A DNA stretch of 64,000 nucleotides from Candidatus Nealsonbacteria bacterium. Its GTDB lineage: Bacteria; Patescibacteriota; Minisyncoccia; Minisyncoccales; PWPS01. The translations under genes were made by a program, and so were the position numbers. The stretch lies in the NCBI GenBank assembly GCA_003551845.1, contig PUNQ01000064.1, positions 10,649 through 74,648 of the forward strand, given 5' to 3'. The notes beneath the pieces are model-generated. The model saw only the letters and a program-made list of their open reading frames with translations, made no database searches and was not told the DNA's origin. Below, piece after piece: positions 50,331-60,390 of the stretch (within the stretch, counting starts at the first letter, position 1; every line of letters begins with the position of its first letter).

Positions 50331-52136
50331 TTACGGAATAATTCGGTAAAGACCTATAAGCAATTCTCCTTCAGCGAATATGTCGTAATTGAATCCTCTT
50401 TCGAACTCTTTTTGCTTACGGAAGTTGTGCAATCTGTTGATTGCCATAGTTTCTCGTATCGGTTTCAGGTTGTGTTGGTTTTCGAATTTCATAGTGGCTT
50501 CGAAAGGTTTTAATTTATCCGGATTTTGCGGATTATAGTCCATATCTATCTTTTCATGGTAGCCGTACAGGCTTCTGTAATAAAAGACGTTGTCATACTT
50601 CTCCATCAGTACGGGCAGCATTTCCGGATCGTATTCCAGATATATATCCATAACATCTATCTTTTTGTCTACGGGAAGAAGGTGAGTGTTAAATTCCATG
50701 CCATGTTGGTTGTACTGGTAACCGCGTCTTATTCTTGAAAATTTACTCTCTTCGTATTTTTTTTCATGCACGGTTAAAATTAGGCTGTTTTCCGGCATCT
50801 CTTCCAAAATTTCCATCAAAAAATCCTGTTCTATTTTTCTTCCGTTTTCAGCGGTTAAAAAGTATCCGTTTTGAGCCGTGGACAATACGATTACGATTGT
50901 GCAAAAAATTAAAATCGATCTTGTCGAGAGCTTTATCTTGCTTAAAATAAAGTAAAAAGTAAAAGCGACTTGGGGAATTAAAACCGTCATAAAGGGCATT
51001 TCCATTCGGAAATCTCCTATATTGGCATTAGCCAGAAGAAGAAATAAAAATAAAAACAAGCCATTGATAATTATGAGCCACCATCTCTTTTTAAAAAAGA
51101 GGATTAAAGGGGTAAGCATCAGCATTATGAAAAAATAAGCCGGGCTAAAAAATGATTTCAAATATTGGGCCGAAGATTGGGTGTCGGTATCAAAATAATT
51201 TAAAGAATTCAAGTGAAAATTAAAATGCTCAAAACTGCCGGTGCGAATGGTTATTTCTCGAGCAATTTCCGGAAGAGCGTAAAAAATCCAATAAAAAGCA
51301 GCTATGAAAAGAGATAAAATCGTAAAAACTTGCAGCTTTTTATCTTCAAGAAAATGGTTCCTTATCGGCTTTTTTGCAATTAAAAGTAGAACGAGTAAAA
51401 AAAATAATGAGCCGCTAAAGGCCGGTAAAAACTCTCTTCTACCCACTAAATTTGAAGAAAAAAGGCCCAAGAAAATCAAATAATCAAAAACATTCCTCTT
51501 TTCTTTTTTAAAGAAATAAAAGCCAAAATTGATGAAAAGGGAGATAGTTAAAGCATTTATGATAAATATCGTTTCCGTAGCGCTGAATATTATTAATATG
51601 GGGAGAAAAGAAAAAATTAGAAGAGAAATGAAGGCAACTTCTTTTTTTCGAAACAGATTCAAGGCTAAAAGAAAGACCATCAGCCCGATTAAAAGATGAA
51701 CGAAAACGCTCGTATAATAGACCGTATAAACATTGAATTCGGAAAAAATACGAACGGGAATGTTGTAGATAAACTCAAAAAGGCCCCCGGAGCCGGGGTA
51801 TCTATCAAGCTCAAAAAGAAGGTTTCCGCTCAAAAAGTTTCTCTTCAAGTTTATCAAAAGTTGAACGGAATGATCATGCTGACGGATAGGGCCGAAAAGT
51901 CCGTAACCGACTCTCATAAAAAAAGAGGAAAGAGTAATGAAAATCAATAAAAAAAACTCCCCTCTATTTAAGCGTTTCAGCAAATAATTGATGAGAATGA
52001 TAATTCCCGCCAAAATTGCTACGAAGGAAAGCAAAATTATGATACTGTTTATGTGCTCCATATTCTCTCCTATCGGAGAGTCGATTATCCGCTGAATTAT
52101 AAAAAATTGCATTATTTGCTCAATCAATAAGTCCAT
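50331..52136 (-). CDS. Polytopic membrane protein with C-terminal soluble domain; possible GT-C-type glycosyltransferase (tandem paralog A)
   Basis: About 12 hydrophobic segments. Colinear similarity with 52148..53932, e.g. GLFGPIRQHDH / GLFGVWRAEAH and NPDKLKPFEATMKFE / NPDKLAPFEATAKFE. Confidence 0.4.
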   Translation of the reverse strand: MDLLIEQIMQFFIIQRIIDSPIGENMEHINSIIILLSFVAILAGIIILINYLLKRLNRGEFFLLIFITLSSFFMRVGYGLFGPIRQHDHSVQLLINLKRNFLSGNLLFELDRYPGSGGLFEFIYNIPVRIFSEFNVYTVYYTSVFVHLLIGLMVFLLALNLFRKKEVAFISLLIFSFLPILIIFSATETIFIINALTISLFINFGFYFFKKEKRNVFDYLIFLGLFSSNLVGRREFLPAFSGSLFFLLVLLLIAKKPIRNHFLEDKKLQVFTILSLFIAAFYWIFYALPEIAREITIRTGSFEHFNFHLNSLNYFDTDTQSSAQYLKSFFSPAYFFIMLMLTPLILFFKKRWWLIIINGLFLFLFLLLANANIGDFRMEMPFMTVLIPQVAFTFYFILSKIKLSTRSILIFCTIVIVLSTAQNGYFLTAENGRKIEQDFLMEILEEMPENSLILTVHEKKYEESKFSRIRRGYQYNQHGMEFNTHLLPVDKKIDVMDIYLEYDPEMLPVLMEKYDNVFYYRSLYGYHEKIDMDYNPQNPDKLKPFEATMKFENQHNLKPIRETMAINRLHNFRKQKEFERGFNYDIFAEGELLIGLYRIIP

Positions 52137-52147
52137 AATAAGCTTGA

Positions 52148-53932
52148 TTAATAGTCAAAATCAATATTAGCAATCTCTTCCGGATCCATTTTGTAAAGCC
52201 CTATCTCCAGATCACCCTTGGCATGAATTGTAAGATTGGCACCTTTTAAAAATTCTTCTCTGGTAAACATGTTGTAGGTTCTGTTGGTCACCACCTTGGT
52301 TTTTACGGGATCCAGGGTGTGAGCTTCTTCAAATTTTGCAGTAGCTTCAAAAGGCGCTAATTTATCCGGATTTCTTGGAGATCCACCTTTATATTTTTTC
52401 CAAGATCCGTGATGGTTGTAGAGGCTTTTGTAGAAGAATATATTTTCATATTCCAGTATCGCTTCCGGGTCGTACTCCAAGTAAAAGTCCATAATATCTA
52501 TATTTTTGTCGGCGGGAATCAGATAATTGTAAAATTTAGTCCCGGATTGATGGTATCTGTACCCTTCTCTGTGCCGGTCAAAGGGTGAATGATGAGGCTC
52601 TATGTCGTGAGCCGTAAGAATCAGGCTGCCTTCCGGAATGTGATTTTCCATCAAATCGATAATAAGATCTTGCTCCACTTTTCGTGAAATTTCAGCTTCT
52701 AAAAAATAGGAATTTTGATAAGTGGAAGGGATTATTATAAGCACGGATAAAATTAAGATATACCTTCTTTTCAATTTCATTTTTTCCAAAATGAAATAAA
52801 AGGAAAAAGCCATTTGAGGTATGACGAAGATAAGAAACGGGTAGACTCTTCTAAAATCGGAAACATGCATATTAGCTACTAAAATCAGAAAAATTACGGT
52901 CATGAAATTCAAAAAAAGCAACTTCCATTTTTTAGTCAGTATTAAAATTATTCCGGTCAAATTCAAAAGAATAAAAAAGTAGAGAGGGCTAAAAGTATAT
53001 CGAAAAAATGGTGCCGAGGTAGTTAACTCTTCCGAGAAGGATCTGAAAAAATTAAGATGCACCGATATATTTTCCGGATAAAACCACCCGATTCTGTATC
53101 CGATTTCCCGCCCGGCATGGGGGATTACCGAATATATGATATAGAATGCCGACACCAAAAGACTTCCCAATATGATTAATTTCGGCTTATTATTTTCAAT
53201 GAAAATAGTTCTCAGTTCCCCGTCTTTTATTAGTAAAATCAAAAGAAATAAAAAGGAGGTTCCCATGAACATGGCCATAATCTCTTTTCTACCCGTCATA
53301 TTTGCACAAAACAATCCGAAAAGAATAAGAGAATTAATTGTTGAAAAGTTTTTCTCTCTCCAACAATAAATTGCGAAAGCGGCAAAAAGAGGAATTGTCA
53401 AGGCATTTGTTATAAAAATAGTTGCACTCGCACTTATTCTTATCAGTATCGGAGTGAAGGTATAGATTAGAAGAGAGGTAAAAGCAATATCTTTTCTTTG
53501 AAACAGTTGCAGTGCTAAAATATAAACGATTATCCCGATTAAGACGTTTATGGCAACACTGACATAATAAATATGATAAACACTGAATTCCGAAAAAAAC
53601 TGAAGGAAAAAATTATAGATGAATTCATGAAGACCTCCCGAGGCGTTGTACCAATGATTTACACGAAAAAAGCTTCCATTTAAAAAATTATCTCTGATAT
53701 TGGAGATAATGTAGATATGATGAGCTTCGGCTCTCCAGACACCGAAAAGTCCGTGCCGCAGACGCACCACCAGAGAACCGACTGAAATCAGTGAAAGCAA
53801 AACCAGTTCCCGTTTACCCGATTTTTTGAAGAGATCAACAAACAAAATTCCGACAGCCGCAACCAAACTAATGGAAGAAATCAGCAATATCGCTCTTATT
53901 ATGGGCCAAGAATATTCCGGATAGAATGACAT
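52148..53932 (-). CDS. Polytopic membrane protein with C-terminal soluble domain; possible GT-C-type glycosyltransferase (tandem paralog B)
   Basis: Same architecture and order of conserved blocks as 50331..52136. The two are separated by only 11 nt. Confidence 0.4.
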   Translation of the reverse strand: MSFYPEYSWPIIRAILLISSISLVAAVGILFVDLFKKSGKRELVLLSLISVGSLVVRLRHGLFGVWRAEAHHIYIISNIRDNFLNGSFFRVNHWYNASGGLHEFIYNFFLQFFSEFSVYHIYYVSVAINVLIGIIVYILALQLFQRKDIAFTSLLIYTFTPILIRISASATIFITNALTIPLFAAFAIYCWREKNFSTINSLILFGLFCANMTGRKEIMAMFMGTSFLFLLILLIKDGELRTIFIENNKPKLIILGSLLVSAFYIIYSVIPHAGREIGYRIGWFYPENISVHLNFFRSFSEELTTSAPFFRYTFSPLYFFILLNLTGIILILTKKWKLLFLNFMTVIFLILVANMHVSDFRRVYPFLIFVIPQMAFSFYFILEKMKLKRRYILILSVLIIIPSTYQNSYFLEAEISRKVEQDLIIDLMENHIPEGSLILTAHDIEPHHSPFDRHREGYRYHQSGTKFYNYLIPADKNIDIMDFYLEYDPEAILEYENIFFYKSLYNHHGSWKKYKGGSPRNPDKLAPFEATAKFEEAHTLDPVKTKVVTNRTYNMFTREEFLKGANLTIHAKGDLEIGLYKMDPEEIANIDFDY

Positions 53933-54100
53933 CGGTCTATTTCTATTTTTGTTTAAAGATTTTTAAAAAAGAGTTATAAATTTGGTTTTCAGTCGTCTAT
54001 TTTGAAAAATTATATTTTTTAAAATAATTTAAGTCAAGGTGTTTAATTAAAGATTTTTTTTGTTATACTTATCGAAAGCAAAATTAAAAGAAAAACAAAG

Positions 54101-55378
54101 ATGAATGACTATAAGAAGATCAAACTGAAAAATGGAGCCGAAGTGATAACCGTCCCCAAAAAAGGAACCGAAGCGGTCGTAGTTTTGGTACTGGTTAAGA
54201 CGGGATCAAAATATGAAACGAAAGAGACGATGGGCATTTCTCATTTTCTGGAACATATGCTATTCAAAGGAACGAAAAAAAGACCTTCTCCATTGAAAAT
54301 TGCTGAAACTTTGGACAAGATAGGGGGATCCTACAATGCTTTTACTTCCGATGACTTTACCGGTTATTATGCCAAGGTAGCGAGCGAAAAAGCTGATCTC
54401 GCCTTGGATTGGGTGGCCGACATATATCTGAATTCCCTGTTGCCGGAAAAAGAGATAGAAAAGGAAAAAGATGTCATTTCCGAAGAAATCAATATGAGAT
54501 ACGACAACCCGATGACATACGCACAAGTTTTGTGGCAAAGGCTTCTTTACGGGGATCAGCCGGCCGGATGGGATACCGCCGGTAGCAAAGAGAGCGTTTC
54601 CGGAATTACGAAAAAAGATTTGGAAAGCTATATGGAAAGACAGTATTCTGCAGAAAATACTTTGATAGTATTATCGGGAGCAATAAGTCATGGAGAGGGA
54701 AGAAAAAAAGCTGAAAATTATTTCTCCGAACTGAGAAAAAGAGAGCCCAAGAAAAAACCGAAAGTTGTCGAAGCTCAAGAAGAGCCGGAAGTTAATCTTT
54801 TAAAAAGAGAAACGGATCAAAGCCATATTTGTCTGGGAGTTAGAGCTTTTAATGATCTAAGCCCGGACAGATATACTCAGGAAGTGATGGCGACCGTCTT
54901 GGGCGGAATGATGAGCTCTCGCCTTTTTACCGAAGTAAGAGAGAATCTGGGGCTGGCTTATTATATTCAGGCTGCCTCCGCAACCAATCCGGACACGGGC
55001 TATCTTTTTTCCAGAGCCGGCTTGGACAATAAAAAAGTAGTTAAGGGAATAAAAGCGATTCTTCAAGAATTTAAAAAATTAAAAAAAGAAAAGCTCGGTG
55101 AAGAAGAGCTTCAAAAGGGGAAGGACTATATGAAGGGAATAACCGCACTCAGGCTGGAGTCTTCGGATTCTCTGGCTTTTTATTACGGCAGACAATCCCT
55201 GTTGGAAGAAGAGGTTCTTACCCCCGAAGAGTTTTTTGAAAAAATCGACCGGGTATCCGTTGAGGATATATCGAGAGTTGCCGATGAAATCTTTAAGCCG
55301 GAAAATCTCAATTTGGCCATGATAGGGCCCTTTGAAGAAAAGGAAAAATTCCAAAAGCTGTTAAAAGAAAATTTTTAA
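54101..55378 (+). CDS. M16-family zinc peptidase (pitrilysin-like)
   Basis: GISHFLEHMLFKGT (HxxEH zinc motif). 425 aa. Confidence 0.85.
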   Translation: MNDYKKIKLKNGAEVITVPKKGTEAVVVLVLVKTGSKYETKETMGISHFLEHMLFKGTKKRPSPLKIAETLDKIGGSYNAFTSDDFTGYYAKVASEKADLALDWVADIYLNSLLPEKEIEKEKDVISEEINMRYDNPMTYAQVLWQRLLYGDQPAGWDTAGSKESVSGITKKDLESYMERQYSAENTLIVLSGAISHGEGRKKAENYFSELRKREPKKKPKVVEAQEEPEVNLLKRETDQSHICLGVRAFNDLSPDRYTQEVMATVLGGMMSSRLFTEVRENLGLAYYIQAASATNPDTGYLFSRAGLDNKKVVKGIKAILQEFKKLKKEKLGEEELQKGKDYMKGITALRLESSDSLAFYYGRQSLLEEEVLTPEEFFEKIDRVSVEDISRVADEIFKPENLNLAMIGPFEEKEKFQKLLKENF

Positions 55379-55439
55379 TTTACTTTTTATCCGTTTTTTT
55401 GATAGAATTAATAATCGTTTTTTAAATTAATTTTTGGAT

Positions 55440-56459
55440 ATGGAAAACAAGGATATATTGGATATTTCGTGGGGAACGATTTTTAAAATTTCTTTCACGG
55501 TCATAAGTATCTATTTTCTCTATCAAATCAGCGAAATTCTGATTCTTTTCGTGTTTGCAATCATAATTTCAATTCTATTTTCTCCGGGTATCAAATTTTT
55601 GGAGAAAGGAAAAATACCCAGGCCGGTAGCCGTTTTTACCGTTTATGCATCCATTTTTGGAATTTTAAGTTTTTTAATTTATTTGGCGGTTCCCGCATTT
55701 AGTAATGAAATAGCGGAATTTTCACGCCTGATACCGGAATATTTCGATAGAATGGTTCCTTTTTTGGAGGGAGCGGGAATCAGGACTTTTGAGAGTATAG
55801 AAGCTTTTGTGGACGCTCTGCAGGAGTCCGGAGAAATGATAGCTACCAATATTTTCAATGCATTGACGATAATCTTCGGCGGGATATTCACTACTCTTTT
55901 TGTTTTGACGATGGCCATATTTTTATCCCTTGAAGGAGATGGAACAGAAAGAGTGATAAAATTGATATTTCCGGAAAAGGAAAAAAATCAAGCTCTGGTC
56001 GTTTGGAGGAAGGCCAAAAGGCAAGTTACGAATTGGTTTTTTGTTCGCATTTTAGCCTGTATTTTTGTCGGGGTCACTTCCTATACAGCTTTTTATCTTT
56101 TCAATGTTGAGTATGCTCTTCTTTTTGCTTTGATAGCCGGTATTTTCAACTTTATTCCGTATATAGGACCGTTTGTGGCGGGTGTTATATTTTTCTCAGT
56201 AATTTTAATCGATAGCGCCTGGAAGGCCGTTTTTGCTCTGATTGCCTTTATGATAATTCAACTTATAGAAAGCAGTGCCCTTACTCCGATGCTTTCAAAA
56301 AGATATATGGGAGTTTCTCCCGTTTTAGTTCTTATAGCGATTACCGTGGGGGGTACTCTTTGGGGATTTTTGGGAGCTTTTCTGGCTATTCCGCTTTTGG
56401 GAATCCTTTTTGAATTTTTCAAAGAATTCATGGAGAGGAGAAGCAAAAGATTGACTTAA
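55440..56459 (+). CDS. AI-2E family transporter (PerM/UPF0118)
   Basis: About 8 TM segments. ..FNFIPYIGPFVAG.. and ..ALTPMLSKRYMGVSPVLVLIA..FLAIPL blocks typical of the family. ATG 55440 preferred to TTG 55434. Confidence 0.7.
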   Translation: MENKDILDISWGTIFKISFTVISIYFLYQISEILILFVFAIIISILFSPGIKFLEKGKIPRPVAVFTVYASIFGILSFLIYLAVPAFSNEIAEFSRLIPEYFDRMVPFLEGAGIRTFESIEAFVDALQESGEMIATNIFNALTIIFGGIFTTLFVLTMAIFLSLEGDGTERVIKLIFPEKEKNQALVVWRKAKRQVTNWFFVRILACIFVGVTSYTAFYLFNVEYALLFALIAGIFNFIPYIGPFVAGVIFFSVILIDSAWKAVFALIAFMIIQLIESSALTPMLSKRYMGVSPVLVLIAITVGGTLWGFLGAFLAIPLLGILFEFFKEFMERRSKRLT

Positions 56460-56476
56460 CTCATATTTTTTGTGCT

Positions 56477-57142
56477 ATGTTGTATGTAACGGCGACACCG
56501 ATAGGGAATCTTTCTGACGTTTCGGAAAGAATGGTGGAAACTTTAAAAAAAGTTGACTTTATTTTATGTGAAGATACCAGGGTAACCGGCAAGCTTTGTC
56601 ATCATTTTGAGATTGAGACTCCCTTGATCAGTTATCATCATCACAGTGGAAAGAAAAAGATCGCTCAAATAATGAAAAAGCTGAAAGAAGGAAAGGATCT
56701 GGCCCTGGTAACCGATAGTGGAACTCCGGGAATAGCTGATCCTGCGGGTAAATTGATAAGAGAGATAGTTGAATCCGGAATGGAGGTGAGTGTCAGTCCC
56801 GTTCCGGGCCCGTCAGCGGTTACCGCTGCCGCCGGAATATCGGGGTTTTATATGAATAAATTTACTTTTTTGGGGTTTCCCCCGAAAAAGAAAAAGAGGA
56901 GAAAATTTTTTGAAGAGGCCTTGAGTTACGATCATCCGGTAATATTTTATGAATCTCCTCACAGAATAATCAAAACAATCAAAGAAATTTGTGAGATGGA
57001 TGATAAAAAAAAGATAGTTGTCTGTAGGGAAATGACCAAGATGCACGAAAGAATCTACAGAGGAGACTTGAGTAGCGTTTTAAAAAAACTGGAGAGTGAA
57101 AAGCACACCAAGGGAGAGTTTACGGTCGTAATTGAAAATTAA
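56477..57142 (+). CDS. rsmI: 16S rRNA (cytidine1402-2'-O)-methyltransferase RsmI
   Basis: MLYVTATPIGNLSDVSERMVETLKKVDFILCEDTR. TDSGTPGIADPG. FYESPHR. Confidence 0.85.
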   Translation: MLYVTATPIGNLSDVSERMVETLKKVDFILCEDTRVTGKLCHHFEIETPLISYHHHSGKKKIAQIMKKLKEGKDLALVTDSGTPGIADPAGKLIREIVESGMEVSVSPVPGPSAVTAAAGISGFYMNKFTFLGFPPKKKKRRKFFEEALSYDHPVIFYESPHRIIKTIKEICEMDDKKKIVVCREMTKMHERIYRGDLSSVLKKLESEKHTKGEFTVVIEN

Positions 57143-57230
57143 TTTTATTTTTGAAATAATTATTGAGATTTTGGAAAAAGAGAGAGGTTTTGTCAAAAAT
57201 TAAAAGATAAGTAGTTGTAATTGCAATTTC

Positions 57231-58667
57231 ATGAAAAAAGATAAATTTTATATAACAACCAGTATAGCTTATACCAACGGGCCTCCACATATAGGATTCG
57301 CTCTGGAGCTCGTTCAAGCTGACGTTTTGGCCAGAGCTTACAGAAAAAAGGGGGTGGACACCAAGTTTTTAACCGGTACTGATGAACACGGTCAAAAGAT
57401 AGCTCGAAAGGCCGAAGAAGAAGGAATGGAAGTTTCTGATTATGTTGATGGAATAGTCGACGAATATAAAAGATTGATTACCGATCTCAATATATCCAAC
57501 GATGACTTCATCAGGACTACGGATAAAGAAAGGCACTGGCCGACGGTCCAAAAAATTTGGAAACAGATGGATGCGGCAGGTGATTTGTATAAAAAAAAGT
57601 ATACCGGTTACTATTGTGTCGGCTGTGAAGCTTTTTTAACTGAAAAAGATCTGGTGGGCGGAGTATGTCCCAATCACGATAAAACTCCGGAAAAAGTTGA
57701 AGAAGAAAATTACTTCTTTAAGCTTTCTTCATATGAAGATGAAATAAAGAAGTTGATTGAAGAAGATAAGTTAAAAATAGTTCCCGAAGGAAAGAAAAAA
57801 GAAATCCTCTCTTTTTTGGAAGAGGGTCTTAAAGACATAAGTGTTTCTCGTTCTACGGAAAGCTTGCAGTGGGGGATTCCGGTTCCCGGTGATGAAAACC
57901 AAAAAATGTATGTTTGGGTCGATGCTTTAAGCAATTACCTGTCCGCTTTGGGATATGCTGAAAAAAATGATGATTTTAAAGACTACTGGCCCGCCGACAT
58001 TCATTGCATAGGTAAGGACATTTTAAGATTTCATTCCGTAATCTGGATAGGAATACTTCTTTCTGCGGGATTGGATATTCCCGAAAACATATTGGTTCAC
58101 GGATTTATCACTTCCGAAGGAAAAAAGATGTCCAAATCGATAGGGAATGTGATTGACCCTTTTGCTATTTTGGATGAATTCGGTTGTGACCCGCTCAGAT
58201 ATTATCTATTATCCCGAATACCGACTACCGATGACGGAGACTTTACGGAAGACAGGTTTAAAGAAGTATATAATTCCGATTTGGCCGACGGATTGGGCAA
58301 TCTTGTTTCCAGGTCGATCGGATTGGCTTTAAAAAAAGAATTGGAATTTGATAAAGAAAGAAAAGCGAGCGGGAAAATTATGAAAAAGGTAAGTGAAACG
58401 GAGAAAAAAGTATCCGTCTTGGTGGAAGATTATGAATTAAAGAAAGCTTTGGAAGAAATTTGGGATTTAATTCATTTTACCGACAAATATATTGAGCAAA
58501 AAAGACCGTGGGAAGAGTCTTGGGAGCAAGACAAGGTAATCTTTGACATGCTCTATATTTGTTATAGTTTGAGTCGACTACTCTATCCCTTTTTACCCGA
58601 AACCGCTCAAAAAATTGAAGAATTAATTTTAAATTCGGAAAAAGAGATCCTTTTCAAGAAGTTTTAA
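57231..58667 (+). CDS. metG: Methionyl-tRNA synthetase (short form, no C-terminal tRNA-binding domain)
   Basis: TTSIAYTNGPPHIGFALE (HIGH-type). CVGCEAF..CPNH zinc knuckle. GKKMSKSIGN (KMSKS). Confidence 0.9.
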   Translation: MKKDKFYITTSIAYTNGPPHIGFALELVQADVLARAYRKKGVDTKFLTGTDEHGQKIARKAEEEGMEVSDYVDGIVDEYKRLITDLNISNDDFIRTTDKERHWPTVQKIWKQMDAAGDLYKKKYTGYYCVGCEAFLTEKDLVGGVCPNHDKTPEKVEEENYFFKLSSYEDEIKKLIEEDKLKIVPEGKKKEILSFLEEGLKDISVSRSTESLQWGIPVPGDENQKMYVWVDALSNYLSALGYAEKNDDFKDYWPADIHCIGKDILRFHSVIWIGILLSAGLDIPENILVHGFITSEGKKMSKSIGNVIDPFAILDEFGCDPLRYYLLSRIPTTDDGDFTEDRFKEVYNSDLADGLGNLVSRSIGLALKKELEFDKERKASGKIMKKVSETEKKVSVLVEDYELKKALEEIWDLIHFTDKYIEQKRPWEESWEQDKVIFDMLYICYSLSRLLYPFLPETAQKIEELILNSEKEILFKKF

Positions 58668-58705
58668 TTTGTTGAAATTCAAAGAGAATATTTTTTGAAC
58701 GGATG

Positions 58706-58734
58706 TTGCAGTTTTAAAAATCTTAAATTATAAT
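58706..58734 (+). promoter_or_regulatory. Sigma70-type promoter for pheA
   Basis: TTGCAG (58706-11), 17-nt spacer, TATAAT (58729-34). Confidence 0.55.
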
Positions 58735-58756
58735 TAACCAAAGTAATTTAAAGACT

Positions 58757-59593
58757 ATGGACAAAGAAACAAAAAAAGTGGTATTTCAAGGTGAAAGTGG
58801 GTCTTACGGGGAAGAGGCGGCCCACATTTTTTTTAAGGACGAAGAAATTAAATCGATTCCTTGTGATTTTTATGAGGATATATTTGAAATGTTGGAAAAT
58901 GGAGGAGTCGATTTCGGGGTGGTTCCGATTGAAAATACGTTACGGGGAAGTGAAGGAGAAATCTTTAACCTACTTACCAAATCACCGCTTTTTATTTATG
59001 GAGAAACCGAAATAAGGGTTGATTATTGCCTGATAGGAGCCGAAGGAGCAAGGTTGAAAGACATAAAAAGAATTTTTATAAGACCCGAAGCCCTAAGACA
59101 GACCAGAAGTTTTATCAAGGATAAAAATTTAATAGTTGTTCCTTCTTATAATCCGATGGAAAAGTTGAAGGTCGTTGTCGATAACGGTGACAGAAGTACC
59201 GGAGCAATTTTTAATGAAAGAGCCGCCGATAATTTTAATATGGAGATAATAGAAAGAAAAGTGGAAGTCGAGGAGGCTGATTTTACCAGATATTTTTTGA
59301 TTTCGAGAAGAGAAAACAAGGAAGAAAATAATTTTCTCAAAAAAACTTCGATTATTTTTCAAACCGGCCACAAGCCGGGCTCACTGCTCAATATTTTGGA
59401 GGAATTTACTAAAAGGGATATAAATATGACCAGAATAGAGTCACAACCGATTGCCGGACACCCCTGGGTTTATAGGTTCTTTTTGGATTTTGAGGGAGAC
59501 AAGAGAAATCCGATGGTCAAAAAAGCTTTTGAAAAGGTAAAAGAAAAGGCTCTATTCTTTAAGTTTCTGGGAACTTACCCGGTTAAAAAATAA
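58757..59593 (+). CDS. pheA: Prephenate dehydratase (PDT + ACT domains)
   Basis: VFQGESGSYGEEAA. VVPIENTLRGS. TSIIFQTGHKPGSLLNILEEFTKRDINMTRIESQP (ACT/ESRP-like). Confidence 0.8.
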   Translation: MDKETKKVVFQGESGSYGEEAAHIFFKDEEIKSIPCDFYEDIFEMLENGGVDFGVVPIENTLRGSEGEIFNLLTKSPLFIYGETEIRVDYCLIGAEGARLKDIKRIFIRPEALRQTRSFIKDKNLIVVPSYNPMEKLKVVVDNGDRSTGAIFNERAADNFNMEIIERKVEVEEADFTRYFLISRRENKEENNFLKKTSIIFQTGHKPGSLLNILEEFTKRDINMTRIESQPIAGHPWVYRFFLDFEGDKRNPMVKKAFEKVKEKALFFKFLGTYPVKK

Positions 59594-59644
59594 AGCAGGT
59601 AGTTGATATAAGCAACTTGAAACGCCTGTCTTGAAAAAGAAAAA

Positions 59645-59671
59645 GACCCCGTGAATTTATTACGGGGTCTG
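59645..59671. terminator. Bidirectional hairpin between convergent pheA and 59660..60037
   Basis: AGACCCCGT-gaatttatt-ACGGGGTCT preceded by an A-rich run. Overlaps the stop codon of the minus-strand gene. Confidence 0.55.
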
Positions 59672-60037
59672 CTGATTTAGTTTTTCCTCCTTTCTATGCA
59701 TGATTATAGCTGTGGCTGCGACCACCAGCATTCCCCAACTTCCGGTAAAGGACATCAGGGAAGCGATAAATCCACTAAAAAAGAAGTGGGTCAGATATGT
59801 AGCGGATGTCGCTATCGCCGCCACACTTAAAATTTTGATAGTCTTTTCTGACATTTTTTGGTTCATTGCCCAGTATGTGAATCCCAATAGCATTATTGTC
59901 ATTATCATCTGTAATTGGAAGTCCAATCTTGAGGTTTTCCAACCCAATTCCAATCCCGTTACGATGAGGGATAGGAACCAGGATGTCAGCGCTATAATCC
60001 AAAGAAAAAATATTTTTTTAATGTACATAGCAAGCAC
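59660..60037 (-). CDS. Small four-TM membrane protein, unknown function
   Basis: 125 aa with four hydrophobic segments. No recognisable motif. Confidence 0.5.
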   Translation of the reverse strand: MLAMYIKKIFFLWIIALTSWFLSLIVTGLELGWKTSRLDFQLQMIMTIMLLGFTYWAMNQKMSEKTIKILSVAAIATSATYLTHFFFSGFIASLMSFTGSWGMLVVAATAIIMHRKEEKLNQQTP

Positions 60038-60113
60038 CTCCTTGCTTTATATTATATATATTTTTTTATATTTGTCAAATAAAAACAATTAGGTCCTAAG
60101 ATATCTTCGGTTT

Positions 60114-60140
60114 TTGACAAATTAAAACTTTTGTTATAAG
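60114..60140 (+). promoter_or_regulatory. Promoter for the leader of 60391..61086
   Basis: TTGACA (60114-19), 15-nt spacer, TGtTATAAG extended -10 (60132-40). Confidence 0.5.
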
Positions 60141-60225
60141 ATTAGATTGGTTTATGAAAAGTTTAATCGGAAAAAAACCGACCTGTAGGACATTTATCTC
60201 CGGGGAAGAGATGTATCTTTGGATT

Positions 60226-60315
60226 GGGGGAGGTGATTTCCGAAATCGTTGAAAGTAAAAACAAATAGAAATATTTTCGGAAGATCACCCTCCTAAAAAA
60301 AAAGGAGGTTTTTTT
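60226..60315 (+). promoter_or_regulatory. Attenuator-like leader: long imperfect hairpin competing with a CCTCC-A10-GGAGG-T7 terminator
   Basis: 5' arm gggggaggtgatttccgaaa (60226-45) pairs with ttttcggaagatcaccctcc (60274-93). The same CCTCC (60289-93) can pair with GGAGG (60304-08), which is followed by ttttttt. Confidence 0.4.
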
Positions 60316-60390
60316 AAGTTTGAAGCCCGATTGAAGCTCGATTTCGATCGGTCTTCAAAAGACCGTAATAATTGAAAGGAGGAGGGAGAA

